Below the pieces are notes generated by a model, which had not been told where the DNA came from, searched no databases, and was given only the letters and a program-made list of their open reading frames with translations. This document shows positions 1-8,927 of a DNA stretch of 64,000 nucleotides, in pieces. The first letter of the stretch is position 1. Every line of letters begins with the position of its first letter. The stretch comes from Candidatus Multivoradales bacterium. Lineage in GTDB: Bacteria; Acidobacteriota; Thermoanaerobaculia; Multivoradales; J023. The stretch lies in assembly GCA_965248925.1 (NCBI GenBank), contig CBDFLE010000005.1, forward strand, positions 192,001-256,000. The letters are read 5' to 3'. The translations under genes were made by a program, and so were the position numbers.

Positions 1-1
1 G

Positions 2-133
2 GCCCTGTGGCCAGAGTCGTTCTTTCGCGAGGGATACCACGAAGACCTGGTGGCCGGTGTCGCCGAAGTGGTGGCTGACTTCGAGCAGGTTCGGGCTCAG
101 CTCGAAGCCGAGTTTGCTGACTGCCAGGGTTGA
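2..133 (+). CDS. 3' end of a CDS entering from the left edge (hypothetical, partial)
   Basis: Open frame ALWPESFFREGYHEDLVAGVAEVVADFEQVRAQLEAEFADCQG ending TGA 131-133 with GC3-rich codons; converges on the next gene. Confidence 0.6.
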   Translation, partial: ALWPESFFREGYHEDLVAGVAEVVADFEQVRAQLEAEFADCQG

Positions 134-193
134 TGGGCAGGGAGACTCGCGGTGCAAACCGCCGGTGATAGGTGCCGGTGTTAGGAGCCAGTT

Positions 194-1333
194 CTAGCGG
201 AGCTTGGCTGCGAGGTGCTCGGTGGAGTCCGGTCGGCCGAGATGGTAGCCCTGGCCAAACTCGAAACCGAGTGCCTGACAAGCTTGGGCCTCGGCCTCAT
301 TCTCGACTCCCTCGGCGACGGCGCTGGATCCCATCTGCACGACCATCTGCACCAGAGACTCGATCAGCGCATGTTTCCTGCGGGAGGCCTGGTGCAGATC
401 CTTGATCCAGGTGCCGGCAAATTTGACGAATTTGGGCTGCAGGTCAGTGAGTTCAAGCAGACGATTCTGGCCGGTACCAAAATCATCGAAGGCGATGTCG
501 ATGTCGAGCGGTTCGAGGGTCCGTCGTAGCTTGCCAAAGGCCGCGAGATCCGCCACCGCTGCTTCATGAATCTCGAGCACCATTTGCAGCTTGGGGAATT
601 CCCGCCGCAACTCGATCAGCGAGGCACAGAGGTCATCCTCCTGATTGAGTTCGTTAGGGTGGGTGTTGAGGAAAATCAGCGGCTTGCCAGGTAGCTGTTT
701 GCCAGCGCTGGCTCCGAGCTGGCGCAAGGCAACGCTGAGTCGGTTCTCGAGGGCTAGGGACTCGGCGATCGAGAAGAGTTCGTCTGGCGGAAGATCAGTA
801 CCGCTGAGAGTGCAGCGGCTGAGGGCTTCGTAGCCGATCACCTCACCGCTGGTCAGCCGCACCAAGGGCTGCAACAAAACCCCAAAGCCCTTGCCATCTT
901 CGAGGGCCTGCTGCAGTTGGCGGCCGTGGCGCAGCCTGGCCAAGGAGATGTCCGAGCTGTGAAGCGTCAGAGTCTTGGCCGGGTTCGGGGTCTCGTAGAG
1001 CGGAAATTGAGTGGCGACCAAGCGGAATTGAAAGTCGGCGAACTGCACGATGTCGCCAATCTCCAGGCGATGTTCGCCGTCGTTAGAGATGCGCTGGCCG
1101 TTGATGAAAGTGCCGTTGGTACTGCCGAGGTCGCGGACCCAGATCTCTTGCCGTTGTAGGAATAGTTCCGCGTGGCGCTGCGAGATGAGCTGAGAATCGG
1201 GAGCCAGATCCGATCCTTGGCGCCGGCCGACGCGGAAGGGAAATGTTTGCAAGGCGGTATGCACCGCCCGCAGCCCATGTTGGAGCTGACCTTCTAGGTA
1301 CCAGGTGTTGGCAGTATCTTCCCCAGGATTCAC
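194..1333 (-). CDS. FHA domain + EAL domain protein (c-di-GMP phosphodiesterase)
   Basis: FHA motifs VGRR, ISQRHA, DLGSTNGTFING; EAL motifs YEALSR, FLN, LEIHE, DDFGTG, VAEGVE, GQGY. Start taken at GTG 1333; ORF is open to 1459. Confidence 0.88.
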   Translation of the reverse strand: MNPGEDTANTWYLEGQLQHGLRAVHTALQTFPFRVGRRQGSDLAPDSQLISQRHAELFLQRQEIWVRDLGSTNGTFINGQRISNDGEHRLEIGDIVQFADFQFRLVATQFPLYETPNPAKTLTLHSSDISLARLRHGRQLQQALEDGKGFGVLLQPLVRLTSGEVIGYEALSRCTLSGTDLPPDELFSIAESLALENRLSVALRQLGASAGKQLPGKPLIFLNTHPNELNQEDDLCASLIELRREFPKLQMVLEIHEAAVADLAAFGKLRRTLEPLDIDIAFDDFGTGQNRLLELTDLQPKFVKFAGTWIKDLHQASRRKHALIESLVQMVVQMGSSAVAEGVENEAEAQACQALGFEFGQGYHLGRPDSTEHLAAKLR

Positions 1334-1542
1334 GGTCTTCCCCAGGATCCTTGTTCTGCAATCATGGAATAATTTGGCTTCAAGAATAGCTACCTGATTG
1401 TATACCGATTCTGCGACGACAGTAGAGATCTCGCCCGCTGGACTTGCTGCCGGCCCCACGCGCCCCTTGGCGTGGGTAGCTCCAGAGCCCAGAATCGATG
1501 GCTGAGCGCCAAACCCAGGACTTTGAGTCGAGGAGAGAGCAG

Positions 1543-1596
1543 ATGAGGATCTTGGTCCGAGGCAACCCTACCTGTCGCCGCGGCGGTGGCCGCTGA
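1543..1596 (+). CDS. Putative leader peptide ([17 protein letters not shown]) translationally coupled to pncB
   Basis: SD AGGAG at 1531-1535, ATG 1543, stop TGA 1594-1596 overlaps the pncB ATG (TGATG). Confidence 0.35.
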   Translation: MRILVRGNPTCRRGGGR

Positions 1597-3065
1597 TGCG
1601 CCATAGCTCCTTGGCGACCGACCTTTATCAGTTGACCATGGCGGCCGGCTATTGGCGTCAAGGCTTGGCCGATCGGCGGGCGGTATTCCACCTGTTTTTT
1701 CGCCGGCCTCCCTTCGGTGGCGCTTACGCTATTGCCTGTGGTTTGGCGCCTGCGTTGGAGGCCCTGGCCGATCTGCGCTTCGCCAGCGACGATCTGAGCT
1801 ATTTGGCCACACTGCGCGGCAACGACGGCAAGGAGCTGTTTAGCGCCGATTTTCTCGACTACCTGGCGGGGTTTGAGCTCCGCTGCGACCTCGATGCGGT
1901 GGCCGAGGGGACGGTAGTGTTTGCCGGTGAGCCTTTGCTACGAGTCACCGCGCCGCTGCTAGAAGCACAGTTGCTGGAGACCCCGCTGCTCAACGCGCTT
2001 AATTTTCCTAGCCTGGTGGCGACCAAGGCGGCTCGGGTGTGCTGTGCGGCCGGTGGCGATCAGGTGCTCGAGTTTGGTCTGCGCCGCGCTCAAGGGCCGG
2101 ACGGCGCTGCCAGTGCTAGCCGGGCAGCCTGGCTGGGGGGTTGCGCGGCAACCTCGAATGTACTTGCTGGCCAGCGCTGGGGAATCCCGGTCCGCGGTAC
2201 CCATGCCCATAGCTGGGTGCAAGTGTTCGCCGAGGAAGAGGCGGCATTCACCGCCTATGCCGAGGTGATGCCGAACAACTGCGTTTTCTTGGTTGACACC
2301 TATGACACGGTAGGCGGTATTCGCCGAGCTATCGCTGCGGGTCGAGAGTTGGCGCGCCGTGGGCATCGGCTGCTCGGCCTGCGCTTAGATTCGGGTGATC
2401 TTCTTCGCCTGAGTCGCCTTGCCCGGCAGCAGCTCGACCAGGCTGGCTTCACCGCGGCGAAGGTCATCGCTTCGAACGATCTCGACGAATATCGCATCAC
2501 CGAGCTCAAGGCTGCCGGGGCGGCCATCGATGTTTGGGGAGTCGGCACCCGCTTGGTGACCGCCTGGGATGAGCCAGCTCTTGGCGGGGTGTTCAAGCTC
2601 GCCGCCCTCGAGCGAGCAGAGGGCGGCTGGCGGCCGGTGATCAAAGTGTCGGACGACCTGGCCAAGTGCTCGACTCCGGGACGGCAGCAAGTGCGTCGGT
2701 ACTATCGAGATGAGACAGCGGTTGGCGACCTGATCTATGATCTGGACGCTGGCATCGACGACTCGGCGGCGGATTTCGAGACTGGGCCGACGGGACAGCA
2801 GCGGGTAGCAGGCGACCGTTGGCGGGATTTGCTGCAGCCGGTGCTGCGCGGCGGCGTGCAGATTGATCAGCCGCCGCCGCTCAGCGACAGTCGGCAACTC
2901 GTTGCCAGCGAGCTCGCCTCGATGCCCTCCGCAGTGCGCCGTCTGCGCGGTGCCGCGGCTTACCCTGTGCGGTTGGAGGCCGAACTCGACCGCCTCCGCC
3001 AACGCTTGATCGCCGAGCACCGGGCCGTAGACCAAAGTCTTGCAGAGACTGGAGAGAGAGCATGA
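1596..3065 (+). CDS. pncB: Nicotinate phosphoribosyltransferase
   Basis: [54 protein letters not shown] motifs. Confidence 0.95.
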   Translation: MRHSSLATDLYQLTMAAGYWRQGLADRRAVFHLFFRRPPFGGAYAIACGLAPALEALADLRFASDDLSYLATLRGNDGKELFSADFLDYLAGFELRCDLDAVAEGTVVFAGEPLLRVTAPLLEAQLLETPLLNALNFPSLVATKAARVCCAAGGDQVLEFGLRRAQGPDGAASASRAAWLGGCAATSNVLAGQRWGIPVRGTHAHSWVQVFAEEEAAFTAYAEVMPNNCVFLVDTYDTVGGIRRAIAAGRELARRGHRLLGLRLDSGDLLRLSRLARQQLDQAGFTAAKVIASNDLDEYRITELKAAGAAIDVWGVGTRLVTAWDEPALGGVFKLAALERAEGGWRPVIKVSDDLAKCSTPGRQQVRRYYRDETAVGDLIYDLDAGIDDSAADFETGPTGQQRVAGDRWRDLLQPVLRGGVQIDQPPPLSDSRQLVASELASMPSAVRRLRGAAAYPVRLEAELDRLRQRLIAEHRAVDQSLAETGERA

Positions 3066-5053
3066 AGTTGATCAAAGTCGGAGCCGCCGTGCTCAACCAA
3101 ACACCACTCGATTGGCTAGGCAACCAGCGTCGTATTCTGCGTGCTGTTAAGGCGGCGCGCGAAGAGCGCACGGCGATACTCTGCCTACCGGAATTGGCAA
3201 TCACCGGTCACGGTTGCGAGGACGCCTTCTTGTCGCCGCAGGTACAGCATGCGGCTCTCGACATGCTGGTCGAAGTGGCTGAAGAATGTCATGAGATGGT
3301 GGTGGCGGTGGGCTTGCCCTTGCTCTACCGCAAAGCCCTTTTCGACGTCGTCTGCCTGGTTGCGGAGGGGCGTATCGTCGGTTTTACCGCCAAACGCTAC
3401 TTGGCCGGCGACGGGCTTTACTACGAGCCGCGTTGGTTCAAGGCCTGGCCCGAAGGTGAGCAAGGTGAGGTCGAGATCGCTGGTGAACGCTATCCGATCG
3501 GCGATTTGACCTACGACTGCGGCGGTGTGCGTCTTGGTTTCGAGATCTGCGAGGATGCCTGGGTGGCCGAGCGGCCGGGGAGTCAGCTGGCCGCTCGCGG
3601 CGTCGATCTGATCTTGAATCCCAGCGCCAGCCATTTCGCTTTCGGCAAGTACCGCATCCGGCGCCGCTTCGTCTTGGAAGGCTCGCGCGCCTTCGCCGCC
3701 GGCTATATCTATGCCAACTTGCTCGGCAATGAAGCTGGGCGGGCGATCTTCGATGGCGGTGCGTTGATCGCTTCTGGCGGTCGCATGTTGGCCGAGGGCT
3801 CCCGTTTCTCGTTCTCGGAATTGGAATTGACCACGGCGGTGATCGACGTCGAGCGCAATCGCATGCTGCAAAGTCGGGTGGGCAGCTTTCGGCCTGACAC
3901 CGGCGCCGGCCCGGCCGAAATTCATGGCCCGCTCGAGTTGCCGGACATCTGGTTGGCGGAGACCGAGGGTGACGACGGGGTGATGGTGACCGCCGAGCAC
4001 GAGAAAGAGGAAGAATTCACCTATGCGGTGTGCCTCGGCTTGTTCGACTACTTGCGCAAGAGCCGCTCGCGGGGATTTGTGGTGTCGCTATCCGGCGGCG
4101 CTGATTCCACCGCGGTCAGCTGTCTGGTGGCCACCATGGTGCGCCTGGCCGAGAGTGAGTTGGGGCGAGAGCGGCTGCGGCGGCGCTTGCGCCAAATTGC
4201 CGACCTGGACCAAGAAGGCGAGGTCGAAGACTTGGTTCACCGCCTTCTGCTGTGCGTTTACCAGGCCAGCCAGCACAGCTCCGAGGAAACTCGTGGTGCC
4301 GCGCGGACGGTGGCCGAAGCCCTCGGCGCCGAGTACGTGGTGCTGGAAATCGAGCCCCTGGTAGAGAGCTATACCGAACTGATCTCCAAAGCCATAGACC
4401 GCCAGCTGAACTGGGAAGACGATGACATCGCATTGCAGAACATCCAAGCACGAGTGCGCTCGCCGGGCGTTTGGCTGTTGGCCAACCTGCGTGGTGCCCT
4501 GCTCCTGGCGACCAGCAACCGCTCTGAGGCAGCGGTCGGCTACGCCACCATGGACGGCGACACTAGTGGTGGACTGAGCCCGATCGGAGGTATCGACAAG
4601 GCGTTTCTGCGCCATTGGTTGCGGTGGATGGAAGAGCATGGACCCATGGGCTTGGCGCCGATTCCTCAACTGGCGGCGGTGAACTCTCTCGAGCCCACGG
4701 CTGAACTGCGTCCTGCCGCGGCGGGTCAGACCGACGAACAGGATCTGATGCCCTATGATCTGCTCGACGCCATCGAGCGGGCAGCGATTCGCGACAAGCG
4801 GGTTCCAGTCGAGGTCTACCGCGTGATGCGGGCGCGCTTCCCGCGCCTCCACCGGCAACAGCTCGCCGAGTGGATCGAGCGTTTTTTCCGCCTGTGGTGC
4901 CGCAACCAGTGGAAGCGCGAGCGCTACGCGCCATCTTTCCACCTCGACGATCAGAATTTGGACCCCAAGACCTGGTGTCGCTTTCCCATTCTCTCGGGCG
5001 GTTTCGAGCGCGAGTTGATGGAACTCAGCGCCTTCCTAGCAGCCGAAGGGTGA
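3062..5053 (+). CDS. nadE: Glutamine-dependent NAD+ synthetase
   Basis: N-terminal nitrilase-fold glutaminase (LPEL, K, EICED) and C-terminal synthetase ([25 protein letters not shown]); ATGA overlap with pncB. Confidence 0.95.
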   Translation: MKLIKVGAAVLNQTPLDWLGNQRRILRAVKAAREERTAILCLPELAITGHGCEDAFLSPQVQHAALDMLVEVAEECHEMVVAVGLPLLYRKALFDVVCLVAEGRIVGFTAKRYLAGDGLYYEPRWFKAWPEGEQGEVEIAGERYPIGDLTYDCGGVRLGFEICEDAWVAERPGSQLAARGVDLILNPSASHFAFGKYRIRRRFVLEGSRAFAAGYIYANLLGNEAGRAIFDGGALIASGGRMLAEGSRFSFSELELTTAVIDVERNRMLQSRVGSFRPDTGAGPAEIHGPLELPDIWLAETEGDDGVMVTAEHEKEEEFTYAVCLGLFDYLRKSRSRGFVVSLSGGADSTAVSCLVATMVRLAESELGRERLRRRLRQIADLDQEGEVEDLVHRLLLCVYQASQHSSEETRGAARTVAEALGAEYVVLEIEPLVESYTELISKAIDRQLNWEDDDIALQNIQARVRSPGVWLLANLRGALLLATSNRSEAAVGYATMDGDTSGGLSPIGGIDKAFLRHWLRWMEEHGPMGLAPIPQLAAVNSLEPTAELRPAAAGQTDEQDLMPYDLLDAIERAAIRDKRVPVEVYRVMRARFPRLHRQQLAEWIERFFRLWCRNQWKRERYAPSFHLDDQNLDPKTWCRFPILSGGFERELMELSAFLAAEG

Positions 5054-5101
5054 GCCTTCTTCAGGTGTCAGCGGGCGTCTCCCCGTCAGTGATTGTCGTT
5101 C

Positions 5102-5154
5102 TTATGCTCCGGATGAGCTTAACTGTGATAGGGTTATGCTCTTCCTGAGCCTAA
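5102..5154. promoter_or_regulatory. Two tandem 21-bp palindromic operators (NadQ/NrtR-like) flanking a probable extended -10 upstream of pncA
   Basis: TTATGCTC-CGGAT-GAGCTTAA (5102-5122) and TTATGCTC-TTCCT-GAGCCTAA (5134-5154); TGaTAGGGT at 5126-5134. Confidence 0.7.
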
Positions 5155-5178
5155 TGAACGTTGACGGAGGACAGCCAG

Positions 5179-5841
5179 ATGGAAGCCTTGATCTTGGTCG
5201 ATGTTCAGAACGACTTCCTTCCCGCGGGTGCATTGGCGGTTCCGACGGGTGACGAAGTCGTGCCGGTGCTCAATCGGCTGCAGGAGGTGTTCTCGCTGAT
5301 CGTTGCCACCAAAGACTGGCATCCCGCTGACCACGGCAGCTTCGCCGCCCAATATCCAGACCGCGAGATCGGCCAAGTGATCGAACTTGGCGGCTTGCAG
5401 CAGGTGCTGTGGCCAACCCACTGCGTGCAGTGGACCGCCGGAGCTGATTTCGCTCCTGGCCTCAAGACCGACAAGCTGGCCCGAGTCTTCACCAAGGGCG
5501 ACGACCCAGGAGTGGATAGCTACAGCGGTTTCTTCGACAATGCCGCCGATCGAGCTTCGGCTCGTGCCACGGGACTCGATGCTTTTCTTCACCGCCGTAG
5601 TGTCGAGCGGGTCTACGTCGGCGGGTTGGCCACTGACTACTGTGTCAAATTGACTGCTCTCGACGCCGTGGCTCTGGGTTTCCAGACCGTGCTGGTGCAG
5701 GACGCCTGTCGGGCGGTAAATCTACGGCCGGGAGACGGTCAGCGGGCCATCGCCGAGATGGCTAGGGCAGGAATCGAGATCCTCGACAGTCACCAGCTGC
5801 TGACCCACCGAACAGCACGAAGTGTCGCCGCCAGCGCTTGA
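5179..5841 (+). CDS. pncA: Nicotinamidase/pyrazinamidase
   Basis: VDVQNDF, DWHPADHGSF, WPTHCVQ, KG..PGVDSYSGF, GLATDYCV; SD GGAGG at 5166-5170 before ATG 5179. Confidence 0.95.
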   Translation: MEALILVDVQNDFLPAGALAVPTGDEVVPVLNRLQEVFSLIVATKDWHPADHGSFAAQYPDREIGQVIELGGLQQVLWPTHCVQWTAGADFAPGLKTDKLARVFTKGDDPGVDSYSGFFDNAADRASARATGLDAFLHRRSVERVYVGGLATDYCVKLTALDAVALGFQTVLVQDACRAVNLRPGDGQRAIAEMARAGIEILDSHQLLTHRTARSVAASA

Positions 5842-5989
5842 GTCCACCCCTCCGAGAACGGGTCTTAGCCCTGCCCCAAAGCGGTTAGACGATCTGCGAT
5901 ACCGTCCTCCGCGCGGCGTCACACCACACCGGGGCGCCACCGCGATATGATCCGCCGCACCAATATTCTGCTTCGCCGGCGGGGGAGAC

Positions 5990-7693
5990 ATGTCGCGAAT
6001 TCTCATCACTAGCGCCTTGCCGTACATCAACGGCATCAAGCACCTTGGAAACTTGGTCGGCTCGATGTTGCCAGCCGATGTATACGGCCGTTTTGAGCGC
6101 CAACGCGGTCGCGAGGTGCTGTTGATCTGCGCCACCGACGAGCACGGTACTCCGGCCGAGTTGGCCGCCGCCGAAGCCGGTTTGGAAGTCGAGGAATTCT
6201 GCCTACAACAGCATCAGGCGCAGGCCGAGATCGGCCGCCGTTTTGGCTTGTCCTGGGACTTCTTTGGCCGTTCGTCCTCACCGCAGAATGCCGAGCTAAC
6301 CCGCCATCTGGCAAGTCGTTTGGAGGCCAACGACCTGATCGAGGAGCGGGTCACCGAGCAGGTCTATTCGATCGATGACGGCCGCTTCTTGCCCGATCGC
6401 TACATTGTCGGCACCTGCCCCCACTGCGCGTACGACATGGCCCGCGGCGACCAATGCGAGAATTGCACCCGGGTGCTCGATCCCACCGACCTGCTCGAAC
6501 CGCGCTCGGCGGTGTCGGGCTCGACGAATCTGGAAGTGCGCGAGTCCAGGCACTTATTTTTGCGCCAGTCGCAGATGGTTGGCCGTCTCCGCGAGTGGAT
6601 CGACTCCCACGCCGGCTGGCCGCCGTTGGTCAGTTCGATCGCTCGCAAATGGCTCGACGAAGGGCTGCACGATCGCTGCATTACCCGCGATTTGTCCTGG
6701 GGCATTCCGGTCGATAGGCCAGGTTTCGAGAACAAGGTTTTCTACGTCTGGTTCGACGCTCCGATCGAGTACATCGGTGCCACTCGTGAGTGGGCCGAGG
6801 AGCAGCCGGCGCGGCAGCGCGACTGGAAGTCGTGGTGGTTCGGGGCTGACGACGTGCGCTACCTTCAGTTCATGGCCAAGGATAATGTGCCATTCCACAC
6901 CGTCGGATTTCCGGTCACCTTGATGGGTTCGGGGGAGCCTTGGAAGCTGGTCGACTACGTCAAGGGCTTCAACTGGCTGACCTACTACGGCGGCAAGTTC
7001 TCCACCAGTCAGAAGCGGGGCGTGTTCATGGATCAGGCGCTCGACCTGTTGCCGGCCGATTATTGGCGCTACTATTTGATGGCTAATGCTCCGGAGTCGG
7101 GGGATAGTTCCTTCACTTGGGAGACCTTGCAATCGACGGTCAACAAGGATCTGGCCGACGTGTTTGGCAACTTCGTCAACCGTACGCTTAAATTCTGTGC
7201 GGCTCGTTTTGGCACTGAAGTGCCGGCCGGCGGCAAGACCGGAGCCGTGGAGGCCGAGCTCGAAATAGCCCTGCAGCAGGGAATCGAGGCCTACACCGCC
7301 GAACTCGAAGCACTGCAATACCGCAAGGCGATGCGCCAGTTGCGCGCCTTGTGGGTGCTCGGTAACGACTATTTTCAACGCTCCGAGCCGTGGGCGGTGA
7401 TCAAGCAAGATCCCGATCGCGCGGCGATGATTCTGCGCACCGCCATCCAGTTGGTACGCCTCTTTGCTCTGCTTTCCTGGCCGGTGATTCCACACCGCGC
7501 CGAGCACCTGCTGCACGCCCTCGGCCAGGCTCCCGAGGGCGTTCCTGACTGGCCGGCCAGCGCCGCCGAGGCGCTCCGCGCTTTGGCCCCAGGCCATCCC
7601 TTCGAGGTGCCTGAGGTCCTGTTCCAGAAGCTCACCGACCAGCAAGTGGAGGAGTGGGCGGAGCGCTTCGCCGGTGAGCCGGGCAAGGGTTGA
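5990..7693 (+). CDS. metG: Methionine--tRNA ligase (short form without C-terminal tRNA-binding appendix)
   Basis: [13 protein letters not shown] (HIGH), TDEHGT, CPHC/CENC Zn knuckle, [15 protein letters not shown] (KMSKS). Confidence 0.95.
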   Translation: MSRILITSALPYINGIKHLGNLVGSMLPADVYGRFERQRGREVLLICATDEHGTPAELAAAEAGLEVEEFCLQQHQAQAEIGRRFGLSWDFFGRSSSPQNAELTRHLASRLEANDLIEERVTEQVYSIDDGRFLPDRYIVGTCPHCAYDMARGDQCENCTRVLDPTDLLEPRSAVSGSTNLEVRESRHLFLRQSQMVGRLREWIDSHAGWPPLVSSIARKWLDEGLHDRCITRDLSWGIPVDRPGFENKVFYVWFDAPIEYIGATREWAEEQPARQRDWKSWWFGADDVRYLQFMAKDNVPFHTVGFPVTLMGSGEPWKLVDYVKGFNWLTYYGGKFSTSQKRGVFMDQALDLLPADYWRYYLMANAPESGDSSFTWETLQSTVNKDLADVFGNFVNRTLKFCAARFGTEVPAGGKTGAVEAELEIALQQGIEAYTAELEALQYRKAMRQLRALWVLGNDYFQRSEPWAVIKQDPDRAAMILRTAIQLVRLFALLSWPVIPHRAEHLLHALGQAPEGVPDWPASAAEALRALAPGHPFEVPEVLFQKLTDQQVEEWAERFAGEPGKG

Positions 7694-7703
7694 ACACCCG
7701 ATC

Positions 7704-8720
7704 TCAGGTTGGGCCGAATACCAGCAGGCCATGGTACTTCGGCCCTTCGCCGCAGCCCGCAAATCCGTTCGTTGCCCAGGCCGCTGACAATTCGAGGGCT
7801 TCGGTAGCGGTCGGTAAATGAGCGAGTAAGGTGGTCAACCAGTCGAGCCCTGGTCCTATTGGGCCGGCTGGCCGAACAAAACGATTGCGCTTGTAGTCGG
7901 CCAGAACCTCAGCCGGCCGCCGGCGGTGGGCGCGTTGGCGGTAGACCTCGAGCAGCAGCGATTGCAGCTCCGTAGGGCGCAGTTTCTCGGCGAGGATTGT
8001 CGCCAGATTCTCAATCCCGGCAAGGCGCTCGGCGCGGTGTTTCAAGAATCTTTCGAGGTTGCGTAGTCGGCGATGGTCGATGTTGGCGTCGGCCTCGGCG
8101 ACGCCGTAGGCGGTTGCATCGAGCAGGATGTCTTGATGGATCAACTGTTGCAGGTCGAAGCCACTGTGACGGTAGGCGCGCACCACCACGTCAACACCGC
8201 AGCCTACCGCCCAGCCGGGGTCACCGCCGGGGTAGGGTAGTTCGCTGTAGCTGGCGTCGTAGCGCGGTCCCTGCTCCACCGACAGGCGGGCTCCCGAAAC
8301 CAGCCGAGCGAGCTGGCCGTGAAGCGCTGCCTGGCCAGCGAAGCGCAGCTCTAGCACCCCTCCCGGCAGGATCTCGAATTGGGGATTTGCGGCGCTGGTC
8401 AAGGAGAAGGTGACTCGAGTGGCCGGCTCCGCAGCGTCGATCGGTTCCACCCACACTTTGTCGACCGTTCCCCCGCCGGCTAACTGCCGGGCCTGCGTCA
8501 CCCGCACTGGCCGCAGTTCGACGGCGACCCCGCTGAGGCCGTCCGGGGCCACTCTGTAGTCAACTTCTTGGTCGGTTCGTATCCGCGCCACGGTCTCCTC
8601 GGCACTTACTTCTATCTCGACTCCTAGAAGTTCTGCCGCCGGCAGATGGACGGTGGGCAGCGCGGCCAAGAACAGGCCGAGCAATGTAACGCGGAGGATA
8701 CTGTTGGCGAGTGTGCTCAT
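7704..8720 (-). CDS. Secreted protein: AMIN-like N-terminus + truncated DUF1287 (YijF-like) domain fused to an unrelated tail; possibly chimeric or a pseudogene
   Basis: Signal peptide; RYDASY..LPYPGGD..G.CxDVVVRAYR..GFDLQQLIHQD..DANIDHRR is the DUF1287 N-half, but the expected GDIV/HIGI C-half is missing. Confidence 0.6.
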   Translation of the reverse strand: MSTLANSILRVTLLGLFLAALPTVHLPAAELLGVEIEVSAEETVARIRTDQEVDYRVAPDGLSGVAVELRPVRVTQARQLAGGGTVDKVWVEPIDAAEPATRVTFSLTSAANPQFEILPGGVLELRFAGQAALHGQLARLVSGARLSVEQGPRYDASYSELPYPGGDPGWAVGCGVDVVVRAYRHSGFDLQQLIHQDILLDATAYGVAEADANIDHRRLRNLERFLKHRAERLAGIENLATILAEKLRPTELQSLLLEVYRQRAHRRRPAEVLADYKRNRFVRPAGPIGPGLDWLTTLLAHLPTATEALELSAAWATNGFAGCGEGPKYHGLLVFGPT

Positions 8721-8927
8721 CTTTGGCTTGGCGGTGAGCGCTGGTCATGGCAGCAACGCCGCCCTACTTCTACCCGGCGGAGGTTACGAATCTGCTTACT
8801 ACTTCTCTAATTTTCGGTTTTGGCTGGTGAGTGGTTCGCCGATCATATGCGATAGCACCAGAGGGCAGAACTCGGCACTCGCCCAGCAATGCTGACCGTG
8901 ACCAGACCTTGAATGGAAAGCGCGGGC

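Noticed and set aside
1376-1490. NAD+-I (nadA motif) riboswitch upstream of pncB
   Set aside because: GGCTTCAAGAA resembles the start of that motif as I recall it, but I cannot build the rest of the conserved structure; needs an Rfam cmsearch
5842-5989. T-box or SAM riboswitch before metG (also checked 12424-12509 before the Cys/Met lyase)
   Set aside because: No T-box sequence, SAM-I core or terminator visible; the leaders are short
6554-7762. Long antisense ORFs (402 aa here; also 3185-4000, 4088-4942, 32266-33105, 61591-62835 and others)
   Set aside because: Shadow or alternative frames of well-supported genes, as expected in high-GC DNA; no recognisable motifs
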